From NCBI RefSeq assembly GCF_037042905.1, contig NC_087250.1, forward strand, positions 28,398,001 to 28,462,000: 64,000 nt of DNA. Reading direction: 5' to 3'. Made by a program: the position numbers and the translations under genes. The notes below the pieces were generated by a model. That model was not told where the DNA came from. It worked only from the letters and a program-made list of their open reading frames with translations, and ran no database searches. Below, piece after piece: positions 12,551 through 26,560 of this stretch. This stretch comes from Lytechinus pictus (lineage: Eukaryota). How positions within the stretch are numbered: the stretch's first letter is position 1; each line of letters begins with the position of its first letter.

Positions 12551-13200
12551 TATATCCATTTTCTCCAAACAAAACAGAAAGAAAAACGGAACAAATAATA
12601 ATAAAAAATCACTAAAGTTTTACAAATCTTTGATAAAGTGGTGTTGCCTGAAATACCCAACTTTTACCAATAGTATGTTATTTAAGCAAACTTCATTATA
12701 AAGTGTTTTCAATGATTGAAATTCTTTAATATTATTATTTTCGTTAAAAGTGTACTATACAATGACCATCACTTTTTTCCTTACCACATTGTTGTCATTG
12801 TTGTCATTTCTGGTTGTGTGTGAAGTAGTTGAGCTTTGTTAACATGACCAAGAGAGAGAGAGAGAGAGAGAGAGAGAACTAATTTCAAATCAACATTAAC
12901 AAGATAATGCAACATCGGTAAGTATAAACGAATGCAAAACCGTGTTGTAAATTTACAATTGATCTTAAATCGTTGACTGACGCGGGACTCACTCATCACT
13001 TTAACAATGTCTTGTGATAACCATGTCATGTTTGCTGAGATATAGCACGTCCTATGGATATAGCTTGTCCTACGATGGATTTAAAGTGAAGCTGATTGGC
13101 TGTTCAATTCTGACATACTTAATCTCATCTTATCAAACGTCCAGTCCTCCCTCTCTCTCCCTCATTTTGTGTACACACACACACACACACCGTCTAACAA

Positions 13201-13296
<96 letters not shown>
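13201..13296. repeat. (AC)n/(AT)n microsatellite
   Basis: Dinucleotide run. Confidence 0.95.
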
Positions 13297-13527
13297 GAAG
13301 AGTTTTGTTCAAAAAAGGAGCTACAAATCCACTCTTGGTATTTTTCTGTAAATCAGGTTTTTTAATTCACCACCTTCCCCACTGCTGTTCTATTTTGATA
13401 TAGATGATAGTGCTACCATATTAGATTAGTTATACCATGATTTCAAAATCTGGCATTCATTATCAGTTTTTTAAGATTTTTTGAAATCTTATTTTTCATG
13501 GATTTAGCTCCTTTAGAACAAAACTCT
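13297..13527. mobile_element. MITE with about 30-bp inverted ends, superfamily uncertain
   Basis: gagttttgttcaaaaaaggagctacaaatcca versus tggatttagctcctttagaacaaaactc. Confidence 0.55.
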
Positions 13528-13849
13528 AGTTAAATGTCAATTTTGATATTGGAAATTGAACACGAAACACAAACATATGGCCAGCAGAGTACATTTCACA
13601 TCTTTTCCGATATTTATCCATTGAAAATTACAAAGAGAAAAAAGTAATATTTTGTCATCTTTTTTAAGGACGGTGACTTTTCGATATCTAATTCCAAAAG
13701 GAGCTAAATCCAGAAATATTAATAACAAAAGTAACATTATATTAGAACATCTAGTTGATTTATCTCTTCAAACCTCCCTTTCTCTGTCTCTCTCATTCCT
13801 TTCATTAAAAACGAAATTATAATAATGCATCGTATTCCTAGACCACTAT

Positions 13850-13864
13850 ACATATATATGTATA

Positions 13865-13902
<38 letters not shown>
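13850..13902. repeat. (AT)n microsatellite
   Basis: Dinucleotide run. Confidence 0.95.
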
Positions 13903-13906
<4 letters not shown>

Positions 13907-16380
13907 TTAAGCAAAGCATGACGTAAACCTTGAAATTATTTATTTGGTCACGTTGGTGAATAGTACCGTTAAATATGAAAGAAAGCACACGCTTTTCTTA
14001 GAAAAACGAATTACCAAAAACATTTTGGTGTGTTTGACAAAAAAATTTAAAATTCAAAATAATTCCAATCCCTTAAGACAACGCCAACTTTTAAGACACG
14101 ATAATATGATTATAGTAATGTTCAGTTCTCTACCAATAACGTGGCTGTACGCTTGCTAAAATACTTATTTTAATGTTTGTTAAGCATGAAATAAAACACG
14201 AATGGTGACCAGGTCTTTGGTACCACAAACTTGAAACTAAAATCCGATCTTTGTTGACATAAACCTGTTTTGTAATCGTGTTCTTCCCCTTGTCATGCTT
14301 GTGAACTGGTATTTTGGACATCGCGATAGACATGATAGAGGGATAGAGACAGGGAGAGAGAGCGCGCGAAAATAACTTATGAATATAGTTAGAACAATAT
14401 TAATGTGAAGTGGTTGGTTGCGCCTGTGTGTGCGTGTGTGTGTGTGAGGGAGTGCAAATGTGTCCAGTGTTTCAGCATTAATCTACGCTCGTGACTCCTA
14501 CATCCGATGTCAAAAATGTGTATTTAGACAGCGGGTTTGTGTATCTTAGTTATTAATGTACGTCAAACATTGTTAAGACTATGACATTGATGGATTAGTC
14601 AGGAATTCCAGTGCGTCTATCTCATCTGATCTTTTCTATGGTTGCCATCGGGAAACGGAGGATTGACAGGGGGAGGGGGGGGGGTGCGCACTCGCGTAAA
14701 ATTTGACTTTATCATATGAGTTAATAATAATAACATTTTTTTAAAGGAAAATATATCGTTATGGACATACCTTTTAAAATACCACATTTTAAAGTCACCA
14801 GGCCCCTCTCATCTTCCTTTAAGCATTCCCCGGAGCTTCACTTGGCTAAATATAATTCACAAGATGTTCCATGTAGTGTAATTACTTATTTGTAAAAAAT
14901 GAATGAGTGAAACTAAACAGACGGTTTGTAAAAGTAACCTGTTAAAAAATGAGCAAGACTGTTGAGATTAATCCAATGCTCCAAGGAAATTCTTAAGAAT
15001 GATTTTATTGTTGATATTAATGTTTTCTTGTCACTATAAAAGACAGAAGGTTTATAAAGGTATCAGGATGGGGGGTACAGGCAGGTCGTCCGAGAACCAC
15101 TATATCTGTACCTTCACATGAGTAAATTTGGCGGTTCTTGAAAATAAAACCCCAAATCCTCAGGGTTTTCCATGCAGCACCTTACATCACATATGTTCAA
15201 AGGAGAAGACATTTTCTTAATTGTGATTTAGCTTTCACATGTTTTAAAAAATCCTTTTGAGAAGGATCTGAACAGCTCGCAATGAAAAACTTATCGATAT
15301 TCATATTTCTTTTCAGATCAAAATCAACTACTGCTTTTTACATTTATTTCTACCGGTTGAAATATATCGATTCTAATGTGCCTCAAGCAGTAATTTATAA
15401 TAATATTCTTCATGCTATACCAGACCGTTATCATACAAGTTATGATGAGCACTAGTAGACCCTAAGGAAAGAAAAGCAATCATTTATTAAAGCGGCTTTG
15501 TGAGCTCGTAGGATTAGAATTTTTCATCCCGGATATTAAAAACATGGCACTCTTCTTAATAGCGATGATGAATTATTCCTTGACTTTAAAAGAAGGCAGT
15601 TGCTTTAATAGCTCGTCTCAGTTGACCAGTAGCCGCGTTCCATCCCTTTGAAAACTGCGTGTTTCTCCTTTCTTCTGTTTTTTGTGTTTACAATTCTTTG
15701 CTATTTTGGAATCAAAAGCTCATTTAATAAATTATTTCCTCCAGACATTAATATTGTTGTCTTATTTCTTTTTTTACCAGTTTCTGCCTATCATTTCTAA
15801 AGAGATATACACCATTTAATCATCACAATCATCGTCAGTCGTGTACAGAAAGTACATTATGTATTTCCTGATATATTTCATAAAATACCGAATGAAATAC
15901 GATTCCCGTGTTATAGTACGTAGTTTACCTCACCGCATTATTCACGTATTCACCACATTGGAGACAAACCGTCTTCTCAGGGAACATACAAACAGTGGCG
16001 TTATGAGCAAACTGAAATTGAGGTGAAATCAAAAACTGAAATGAAACTTTGCAAATACAGCGAAAATGTTGAAGATTTAAAAAAACAGGTGTTATTTTGA
16101 ACCAGATTAAGCAAATATTCACAAAATGAAAGCAAATCGTACAACTAGTTTCTCCTTCAATTTTCTCCTCTTGTCCATGGCACTTTTGAGGGTCATATGC
16201 TCCAATTGATGCGAGTATATCATCTTGAAACCCTTAAATGCAGGACACTGGGAACGATTTTCTTTTAGGAAGCTGATGTAAATTTGAAGAAAAAAAACCC
16301 CCATAGGTTTCATTACAAAATATAGTTTACTTTGCTAACATTCTCATTTATTAAACACCTATCGAAATTGCTGGGTGTAC

Positions 16381-16586
16381 ACACGCAACACCCCCAGGCC
16401 CATACACGCAACACCCCAGGCCCAAGCACGCAACACCCCCAGGCCCATACAGGCAACACCCCCAGGCCCATACACGTAACACCCCCAGGCCCATACACGC
16501 AACACCCCCAGGCCCATACACGTTACACCCCCAGGCCCATACACGCAACACCCCCAGGCCCAAGCACGCAACACCCCCAGGCCCAA
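16381..16586. repeat. 23-bp minisatellite, 9 copies
   Basis: Unit acacgcaacacccccaggcccat with few variants. Confidence 0.95.
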
Positions 16587-19500
16587 GCACCCTTGCTTCT
16601 CAGGACCATGCTGAAATCCATCCAAATGTCCCCTAAAACCCTGAAATAATGCATGATAAAAGAAAACTTTTAGAAATGCAATTGGTCGAGCACATTATGG
16701 TTTCGTGAAATCAAAACGATGACGCCTGATGCGACCCATATGTAAAACAAATATAACGAAGACAAAGTGGTATCGCTTCTGTTTCTACCGCCTAGATGTC
16801 TGTTTTTTGCTCCTTTTACCAGATGACTGCTCCTGAAATGTAATTCCCTAAAGCAAAGCGGAAAATGATTAATGATATTTAGATATTTTCACACATTTGT
16901 ATTTCATGATAATAATCGCTGTTCACACGTAAGGGTTTAATATCCCCTTTCCGAGAAATCAATCAGATAATAGCACATTAGACGCTAATTTCAGATACAG
17001 ATACAGGTATTAATGGAAACATGGTGAAATCAAAACACGGTTCTTTGACAAAAAATACCTTCCTGTTTTTAGCATCTCCCTCTCACTGTCGGTCTTTTTC
17101 GTCATATAGTTTGTTCCCTAACGCTATCTTACAATATCGTGATGCATAAGACTACTGTGCGATTATAATCTAAGTGTAGACTGCCTTCAATAAAAATGGT
17201 TTATGTAAAGTCCTTAAGGCATATGCCATGTTACGCTAAACATTAAAATTTGGGAATATAACCGATCAAACTACATTAAATTATGTAAACAATATCTTAA
17301 TAATGAATGTGAACTAGCCGGTTTCATAAGGTCATCAAGTCTGGCAAAGATCCTTAGCCATAATGCAACATTATTTTCCTTTTCTGCATTAATTATTCAG
17401 ATAATATGTTATTTTATTTGGGTAGGCCGTACATAAGGTTGATTTCTTTTTGGCTGCTACCCTTTCAGTATAATACTTTATTTATGCTATGTCTCATTTA
17501 TTTCATGTTCATACTATATATATTGTTCTTTTTTTAATACTAAGACAGCTTTCTTTCTCAAGAAAGCTAGTCCAAAAATCAATTTTACCTTTGAAACCAG
17601 CAAATGGAATATGAGAATGTCTGGAGCAGGGATTGTGATTTCATTTGCATCACGAAAGCATGACTATGGCCTTCAGTACAGACACAATACCCCATGTTTG
17701 CTTCTTCAATTACACACCAATTTCATTGGCCTGACTTCGTTGCATCCCTTTGCTCCCTAAATTGGCATCTGCTCTCCACTCGTTAGCCCTCAGGCGATAA
17801 ATTCATACCGCTTATCCGGTTGGGATTGTACATGGTTCTGCAGTGAAAATAGGAGGACAATTTCCAATCTAAAGGATGATAGCAATGTCTGTAATTCTTG
17901 GAGATGCCTGGGAGGGGATTAAAAGCAAATGGTTAGGGCAAGGATAGTGCAACCTGCAATGGAGAAATAAATAGAGGAAAGGATTCGATGTTTTTTTATT
18001 TAGAGTGGGACTATGTTTTTCCGCACATTGATACATTTAGCCCCTTAGGCGATTGAAGAACTATATCTTAGTTTGAACATTTGTTTCAAGACAAATGCTC
18101 GCCTTACTTTAGAAACGATTTCTTTGTCCTCATTTTCCATTTTAAAATCTTTATAATATCAAAATGTCATATTGGCTGTAATTTGGCTGGTATGGGCAAA
18201 AGTATTTATTTCGTATATCAACTTTGTCCTGTTATTACTCACATATGTATAATATTTTTTTTTACATGGTTAAATAACACACTATATTAAAAACAATATT
18301 GATCTCTTCATGCCCATATTTATTTTTTCTTCGTTTGCCTTCTACATGTACTTTCAACATATGAAGATTTGTCTTTGTTATTATCAAATGATTTTTACAA
18401 CTAAGTTAGCCATTGAAATTAGTCCTTTTTAAAAATAGAATGTCAATTTCCTTGGTTAGGTAATTGCTCTTTTAAAGAGAAGTAATTATTGTATTTCGCA
18501 TACGCCCCCTGCCGTTGTTAAGTGGGTAGCAATCATTAAAGCTGTGTGTCATCTAGACTCTCTCACCAGGCTATTTACCTGTAATTGCTTCACTGCAAAT
18601 GAGTTTTAAAGAAATCAAGGACAGAAATAAAATGGTAAAAAAGACAGGATCAGTTGACTATTTCATTTATAATACAATGATTGTAAACGACTGTTATGAC
18701 CGGTTTGACATATGCTCTAGCATTGTTAACGGGAACACGCAAGGAATGATAATGATCATCATGTTTGTGTGTGTGGGGGTGGGGGTGTGCGTGAGTGAGT
18801 TTATGTACGGGTATAGGGGATGAGTGGGCGGGGGTGTGTGTGTCTATGTACGGGTATAGTGAGTGAGTGGGTGTGTGTATAGTGTGTATGGTGCGATTGG
18901 CCCACCAATGTGATGACTGAGGAAAATTGTGATCTTTCTAAAATTATCTGACTGATATCATTAAATAATTTATTCATTTTGTTCATTTATATTATTGCTA
19001 TTTTCACTAATTACAATTATTATTATTCTTATTACTATTATTATTATTATAACTCATCAGATGCAAACCATAATAAACTAGGTTACTAGCTATAACATTG
19101 GAAGGCGAATATCCAGGAAGGCTTCTTGTTTCAAGTAACTCGCTTGTCTGCCAGTTCGTGAAACAAGTGATGAAATTAGGCATCCCTTTATAGCTTTTCT
19201 TAATGATTTGTAGTGCTTTTTTATGTAGAAAGGGGTTTAACACACATCTGGGCTTAGATCTCCTCTTGATAAAACCTGAAACCGACACTGCTTGTATTTT
19301 AGTAAAATGATTTATGATTTCTGTGCTGACGAGATTACCATGATTTATATCGAATTACAAGACTGATATGTGCTATAAGCAATGTTTCTTCTTCTTCCTA
19401 ATTCCTTACCTTATACTACGCATTATATCTGCGGGTATATTTCATATTGTTTTACACTGTGTCATTCTTACCACGCTGTGATTTATCGAGCTCTAAATTA

Positions 19501-22009
19501 TTGGCATAAAAGTCAATTGAGGGCTAACAGGAATAGACCGCCATAATTCGCTGGGTCATATGCTTCTAAGCAAAGGTGATAAATGGTATGTGATCTAGTT
19601 AGCTACTGCATACCAGCGAAACTTGATTAGCTGCTATGTCGAGGAGAGAATAGATCCAACGTCACGGAACAGTTTAATGGATCACTATGCCACATAATGT
19701 ACATATGGTGGAAAAGTAGAAATAGAGGTAGCAAAGCGACCAAGTCTATAAAAGGACATAGGGTAATGTCCTTTCATTGAAAATAAACTAGGGGTTGAAC
19801 CTTTAGTAGTTCGTGAACGGACCTAAAATAACCTTTCCGTGAATCCATAGTTCCTCTTCAAAGACACCATGCACAACTTGGCAATACATCTATCATGTTA
19901 TTTCCCCTGACCTTCCTTTCTATATATATATTTGTCAGTGCGCTATAAATCTCTGGAGGTACCAACCAATCCTAAACGTCTGATAGATGGCCCTTGTCAT
20001 CAATAAAATGAGCTGAATCTATCACACTACCTATGGTTATTACACCAATCATAGAAATGGATGCTGTAAGATACAATAAACTAGTCAACCTAATACAAAG
20101 GTTAAAGGTCAGTCGATGGTGACCAGCCAGAGTAAATTGAATTGAATATGTGGACTTAATGATTTACCGATATCTAAAAATGCTTTTCTCATAAATATAT
20201 TTTATTTCGTGGCCAAGTACTTTGGAATTCTTTGCCGGTTTGTAACATCTTGTTCATTTAATATTTTTCAAACGTAACTTTAGAAATTTCATAATTGATA
20301 ATTAAACTTGTTTGTAAATGATCTAAATTTACCACTTATGTCTCTGTGCCTTTGTAATGTCTTCTATTTTTATATATATTTTGAAACTTTTTATATTTCA
20401 AATAATTGTCATTATATTTAAAGTAAGTTTGGACGGCCGTTTTAGTATATTTGTTTCCTTTTTGGCTGCTTTCCTCTCAATGCTTTTTGTAAACTTTTGT
20501 GTATTTGATGTTATGTTAACTTTGTTCCCCTGTATTTTATCACAATTATGCTCATTTTATGCAGAGAGCAAAATAAACTTGAATTGAAATTGAAATTGAA
20601 ATTAATGCAATGTTAAAATCATAGATTTATATGTATCATAAGCAATGATATGAAAATCAACGCTTAAGTCAGTTAAATCCTACCGGGAAGAACACGTTGT
20701 ACCACAGTTTGATTTACATTGGTCAATATGTGAATATGTTCCGATTTAGCTTACTTGGTTAAATGGCCCGAACACCATGTTTGCCCCCTTCAAAATGGTT
20801 CGTTCTTTGTTTACCATTGTTACTGATTAAGCAATATAAACTGCACGGCTGTGATAACTGCCCTAGAGAAACCATGGAGCATATGGTTATAGTTCTCGTT
20901 AGGGTATGTCTGTCTAGACAGGCAAGGGCAACTAATTGTGCAGGGTTAAGGTTATTAAACTGTCACGTGATACGCTCACCTTAACAGATCACGTGATTAC
21001 CAGAACCTAATTTTGAAAAAAAAAGAATATTGCTAAATGTGAAATATGATGAATAATAAAAAAATCCCTCTTTGATATTTTTGGTGATCTTTTGGGAGAG
21101 AAAAAAACAACTTTTACCCGTGATTAACAGACACATAAATGTTACATGAAACTAATCAAACTATAATAACTGTACAACCATTACAATTAACGTTTATTTT
21201 GTTAGCACGTAATAATATGACATCAAGAGAACATTGGGTGAAAGAACTGTATCCCTACAATAATACAATAAGGAATGATAAATAGCTTGAAAATACGCAT
21301 GACCAGCCATCTGTGAACTTTAAACATGTCATCTTGTTAGTTTGTGGGTATACATCAAAACCTTTTAGAATGACTTACGAGAGCAATTTAAATATATGAT
21401 ATATAATCGATCACATTCGGATGCATTCATTTTAAGGAAGGAGTCTGTACTTTTATTATAGTACACAGATGACCGGTTAACGGCAGGAGCTTGGATAGAT
21501 ATATTGCTTAGAGATGTCTGGAAATTTAGATACTGCATCAATCATTTACATAGATGACTGGTCTGGTAGGATGGGGCGTAGGGAATGTAGGGGGGGGGGG
21601 TTCAATATATCTAATATAGACTACAAATGACAATTTTATTTTCTTTCAAGGTGATTTCCCCATTGTTATTTTTACATGATTTTTTTTATGGATGTCGTTT
21701 ATTTCAACACTATATATGCACCAATATATTTGTCTATTATCCATGTGTCTATACATTCAATTCATTAATTTGTTTTAAGGATTTGTGTCTATTATTGTTG
21801 GTGTAAAGTTTGTAACGTAGATGGGGTATCAAATGATTGCTTATACTTACAAATCCTATCACAGCTTCACTTGTTTACGTTCTTTCCCTTTGCATTGATT
21901 TTTCTTTCATTATTTTCCCTTCAACTTTACCTGGCTCTTGTTTTACTCTTTTCCATTCCCTCTCTCCCAAATTAAAGACATTATTGAGTTTTTCATGTCT
22001 TATGATTAC

Positions 22010-24443
22010 CATCGGCGGATCCAGGGGGGTGGCGCAGGGGGCGCGCGCCCCCCCCCCCCCCCCTAATATCTGAGCGGCGCCGAAGGCGCCGCTCAAAATA
22101 AAAAATAAAAGAAAAGTAAAAGAAAGAAAAGGCGCCGCTTGAAAAAATAAAAATAAAGGAAAGAAAAGAAAAGGCGCTGCTTAAAAAAATTATACACTGA
22201 TATGAGCAACAATAAAGGAAAGACTATCCCCCAGCAAAGCACAATCATATCATCTTCCTTATCTCTTCTTTTAACTACCTTTTTCCAAACAACTTCGACG
22301 GTAGCAGTGCGCTGCCTGCATCTCATTGGCGCCAATCAAGAATAATCAGCGTCACCTTCATCTAAATCGGCGCCGGACAAGAATAATCAGTGCTATTTGG
22401 TTACAAATCGGCGCCAGTCAAGAAAAATCGGCACTGCCAGAGTCTTAACCGGCGCCGATCAAGGATAATTAGCGCCACCTAAATCTAAATCGGCGCCGGA
22501 CAAGAATAATCGGCGCCATCTGGTTATGAATCGGCGCCGGTAAAGAAAAATTGGCGCTGCCTGAGGTCTTAACCGGCGCCGATCAAGGATAATCAGCGCC
22601 ACCTATTATCTAAATCGGGGCTGGTCAAGAATAATCAGCGCCATCTGGTTGTAAATCGGCGCTGCCTGAGTCTTAACCGGCGCCGATCAAGAATAATCAG
22701 CTCCACCTAAATCTAATTCGGCGCCAGACAAGAATAATCGGCGCCATCTGGTTATAAATCGGCGCCAGTCAAGAATAATCGGCGCCTCCTGGTTCTAAAT
22801 CGGCGCCAGTCGATTATGAATTGCCGCTGTCTGAATCTTACGTGACGTCGGTAAAAATAATCAGCGCTACTTGTTTAAATCGGCGCCTGTCAAGACAAAT
22901 CGGTGCTGCCTTTGTCTTAACCGGCGTCATCTAAATTTAAATCGTTTCCGGTCAAGAATGATCAGCGTCCCCTGATTCCAATAAATAGGCGCCGGTAGAA
23001 TAATGAAGAAGGGCCTATTGCTAACCAAATCTAGATCGGCGCCGGTCAAGAATGATCAGCGGCACCCGGCACCCAATAATTCCGCATGTGCAAAGATACA
23101 ATAAAATGGTAATGTTACGCAGAAATCAGCAAACGAGAATGAGCTACACAACTCGTTCTTTATTTAAAATCGTGCTCAAATTGTCCGCTTTTCAGATTGG
23201 AATATAAAAATTTTCAGCTCGCGCTTCGCGCTCGCATCATTTCCGTAGCAAAACCCCATATTTTTCATGATTAGATAGGTGAATAGAATGTCCCGTTTTC
23301 AGTTCTGAACCTCAAAAGAACTCCCGCTTCGATTTGCAATAATCTTTTGTTGGATATAATCTTGTTCTTTATTAAAAACGTCCATTAAACTCATTTTTTT
23401 CAGATCGAAATATCAAAATTTTAAGCTCGCGTTTCGCGCTGGCATCTATTGTTTTTTTTTAAATACCCATCTTAATCATTGGTACCAAAAATGCTTGGAA
23501 TATCAAGCTTTCTGGTCAGAATATAAAGACATTTCAGCTCGCCCTCGGCACTCGCATTATCTGTTTAGTGAGATATGTATCCTCCTCATGAGTTACTATT
23601 ATAGTAACTCATGAGGAGTCCTGTTTTTCAGGTCAGTATCCTATAAAAATTTCAGCTCGCGCTTCGCGCTCGCATTAATTTGTCGGTGAGATATGTGTCT
23701 CTATCTCATGAGTCATGTGTGTGTGTGTGAGTTAGTTTGCTTTGTGTGATCGAGCGCCTTTGGAAAGTTGATTCATGATTTTGCCCCCCCCCCCCAATCT
23801 GAAAAAAGGATGGACGCCCCTGTGTGTGTATATATATAGTTAAGAAAAAAATCATTTGTATCTCAATTAATATACAAAAATAATGGCCTCATCGCAATAA
23901 AAGTGTAAGTACACGAGATTTTGAAATCGCACATAACATAAATTTGTGTTACTTTATGCTTGTTTCTTTCTTTAATAAGTTTCTAAATCTCTCTCTCTCT
24001 ATATGTTTTAAAAAGATTATATGTTTAAATTGATGTATATTTTCTGTTATAATGAGATATGTTTAAGTGAACTTCAGGGAATGGTCGTACACAGCAAGGG
24101 GGAAGGGGGGGGGGGGGCAAATTCCTGATCAGCTGTTGTGAAAACACTATTTTTCCTTAACATTTCATGAAAATTATGAAAAATGTGCAAATGTGAGATG
24201 TGCACCAAATACTTTTATAGCTCGGTCCGTTTACTCTATCGTTTTTATTTATTTTTTTTCAAAAATATGTTCGAGTCTTACCCCCCCCCCGAAGATATTA
24301 TCCTATATTTTGAAAAGAGTATTTGACAGGGTCAGACTTTACCCCTTTTCAACATTTTCTTTTATGGCGCCGGTGAAGTGTAAAAATATGTGCGCCGCTC
24401 GGCAGTGCGCCCCCCCTTTCGCCAAAAGCTGGATCCGCCTATG
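22010..24443. mobile_element. Composite hAT-like non-autonomous element
   Basis: TIRs CATCGGCGGATCCAG / CTGGATCCGCCTATG with attac on both flanks. Contains an internal minisatellite, subterminal cagctcgcgcttcgcgctcgcat repeats and an internal TIR-like end near 23822. Confidence 0.65.
22326..23065. repeat. About 41-bp minisatellite with trimeric higher-order structure
   Basis: Monomers aagaataatcggcgcc-N-aatcggcgccNNNc; three middle variants cycle. Confidence 0.9.
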
Positions 24444-25779
24444 ATTACGTATTTTTTTTCTTCTCAACCATATCACCAAAGTCAAATCCTCCTACTCCTC
24501 CTGCCACATTCAAGGTAACTTGAAATATAATGTTTTGATTTTTTCACTTTCCATTATACTTGGCCATTTGTTATTCTTCATCGTTTTTTTTTTACTATTT
24601 ACGTCTGTGTTAACGTTACAATGATGTGTTCATCTTTTCATCTTTTTATTATTTGCTTTCAATATGTTTTTTTTTTCCTTATCATATTTTTTTCTCTCCG
24701 TTTGTTTCGATATGTCTCTCTCATCTTGTGTCTTCATTCTTCATTTATTCATCTGTCTCTTCATATATTCTTCCTCACTTCACTTTGATTTTATTCAAAT
24801 TCGCATTCCCCAGTGTGTTGATGATGCACATGAAAACGTGAGAAATGCTTGGTATCCATGGCAACAAGAGATGTGGTATTAGGACCATAAACCCAGGAGA
24901 CTATGGAGGAAATTAAAGCGCTTTGAGGTTTGCAAAGGGGTAATATTTGACTTTCTTAGTCCCGATTGCACATATTTGTGTAGGCAACTAACGCGAGTAC
25001 CTGACTAAAATAGACCCGAGTCTTTCATTTATCTCAACTCTCTTTCACAATCTCTTTTGAATACATTCTCTTTCCCTGGTCTCTGGTTATTTAATTACAC
25101 CCCTTCTGTAACTCTCTCGCTGGTTTTTTCTTCTCTCTTTCTCTATCTTATGTCTGTTATTCTGTCACAGACTCTCCAATCATTTTACGGACTCGCTAAT
25201 TTGGTTCTAAGTTAATCAAGTTATCATGTCGTCCATTCACCTAGACAATATCAAATTTCAGGACCCATTTTGTTTTTATTTCTCCATCAATTCAAATATC
25301 AACGTTATAAACATGAAAATATTCATATACAAAGGGCAACTTCGAGGAGACAGAAAAAATATCTGCGATATCAAAGATGCTTTGTTAAGAAATGAAACGG
25401 AATTAACATATGGATTACGAAAAAAAACCTGTATGAATCTAAAAAATGTATTGATTTAATGTTATTATTTTCCAAAGAATTGCACATAATTCATTGACAT
25501 AAGGAATTTAGAAGACGTATTCCGTGTCTTAGGCATAAAAAAAACCCTTCTCACTGATGCTCAAATCACACTAACAAGAACAATTAAACCCGGCCGATGG
25601 TTTCCGATAGCAAGGAGCTTTTAACACAAAGCTCCTATGCGAATAGGAAATATCGTACTAAGTTTTGATCGGATTACAAAGGGTTTGGCCGATGTGACTA
25701 ATGCATCGCTGACTGTAAAAAACATCACGGCAGTGACAGGTAGGCTGGCGTACGCATCGACCACCACACCATCACGCGA

Positions 25780-26560
25780 CTACCGCCCCGTCACGTGTCA
25801 AAAGTAACACCCATGTTCCCCGCCATTTAGGCCTTTAGTCATTGCACTTTCTCATGTCATTCCCAATAGTAGGATGACGTCATATGATACGCGTCTCAAA
25901 CTGTCATGTGTGGAATCAATGATGGACGGATGCTGCTAAATCTCTGTTCCAAGTTTCCACTACTTGCATCGTATATACCCCCTTTAAGTGCTGAAAATAC
26001 ATTTCGTAAAGTAAGGATTTATTAATAGTTGTCCATTTTATACATCATAAACAGTTTACAGTTTAAAGTAGAAATAACCGGAAGGGAAGACTTCAGAGTT
26101 ATAGTTTTTTTTTTCCAGGAAGATTTGTGACTACGGTTAAGGGAGTTTTAAATACATGTAGATGATAAATGGATTATAGGGGTGGTGCCAAAGCGCGGGA
26201 GGGGGCAAGGATCAATATGATTTTAAAAAGGGCGTTGTGTGTGTGGGGGGGATAGGACCATCTTTAGTTGTGTAATTCATGCTATCCAGAATACATGACG
26301 TCACCTTTGAGTCAGCTTGCTCCCTAGCAGAACCACCCAGCTTCGCCCCGGAATAATGGTGATGCCAAGAAAAAATATTGGATAGAGCATGCTGTAAGAT
26401 TTTTTTGGGGAAAACGTGTACAATATATTGCAGTCATCAAGAGACATGACGCGCAAAGGGCTTCAAATTAATCAATTCGCGCTTCTTTTATTACCACACA
26501 ACTGAAACTGAAGCTAGCGCTCAATTTTAGAGGTAGGGTGGTCACGTGACGGGGTTTAAT
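25780..26560. promoter_or_regulatory. Candidate cis-regulatory cluster
   Basis: CpG-richer unique DNA with ccgcccc, gtcacgtg (25790), ccgccattt (25820), CRE at 25875 and 26296, and GTCACGTGAC (26541). Confidence 0.35.

Noticed and set aside
16313..16649. Overlapping Pro/Gly-rich ORFs
   Set aside because: Products of the 23-bp minisatellite, whose period is not a multiple of 3.
22326..23065. CRISPR-like repeat/spacer appearance
   Set aside because: The variable parts recur as three classes rather than unique spacers; no cas genes; eukaryotic transposon context.
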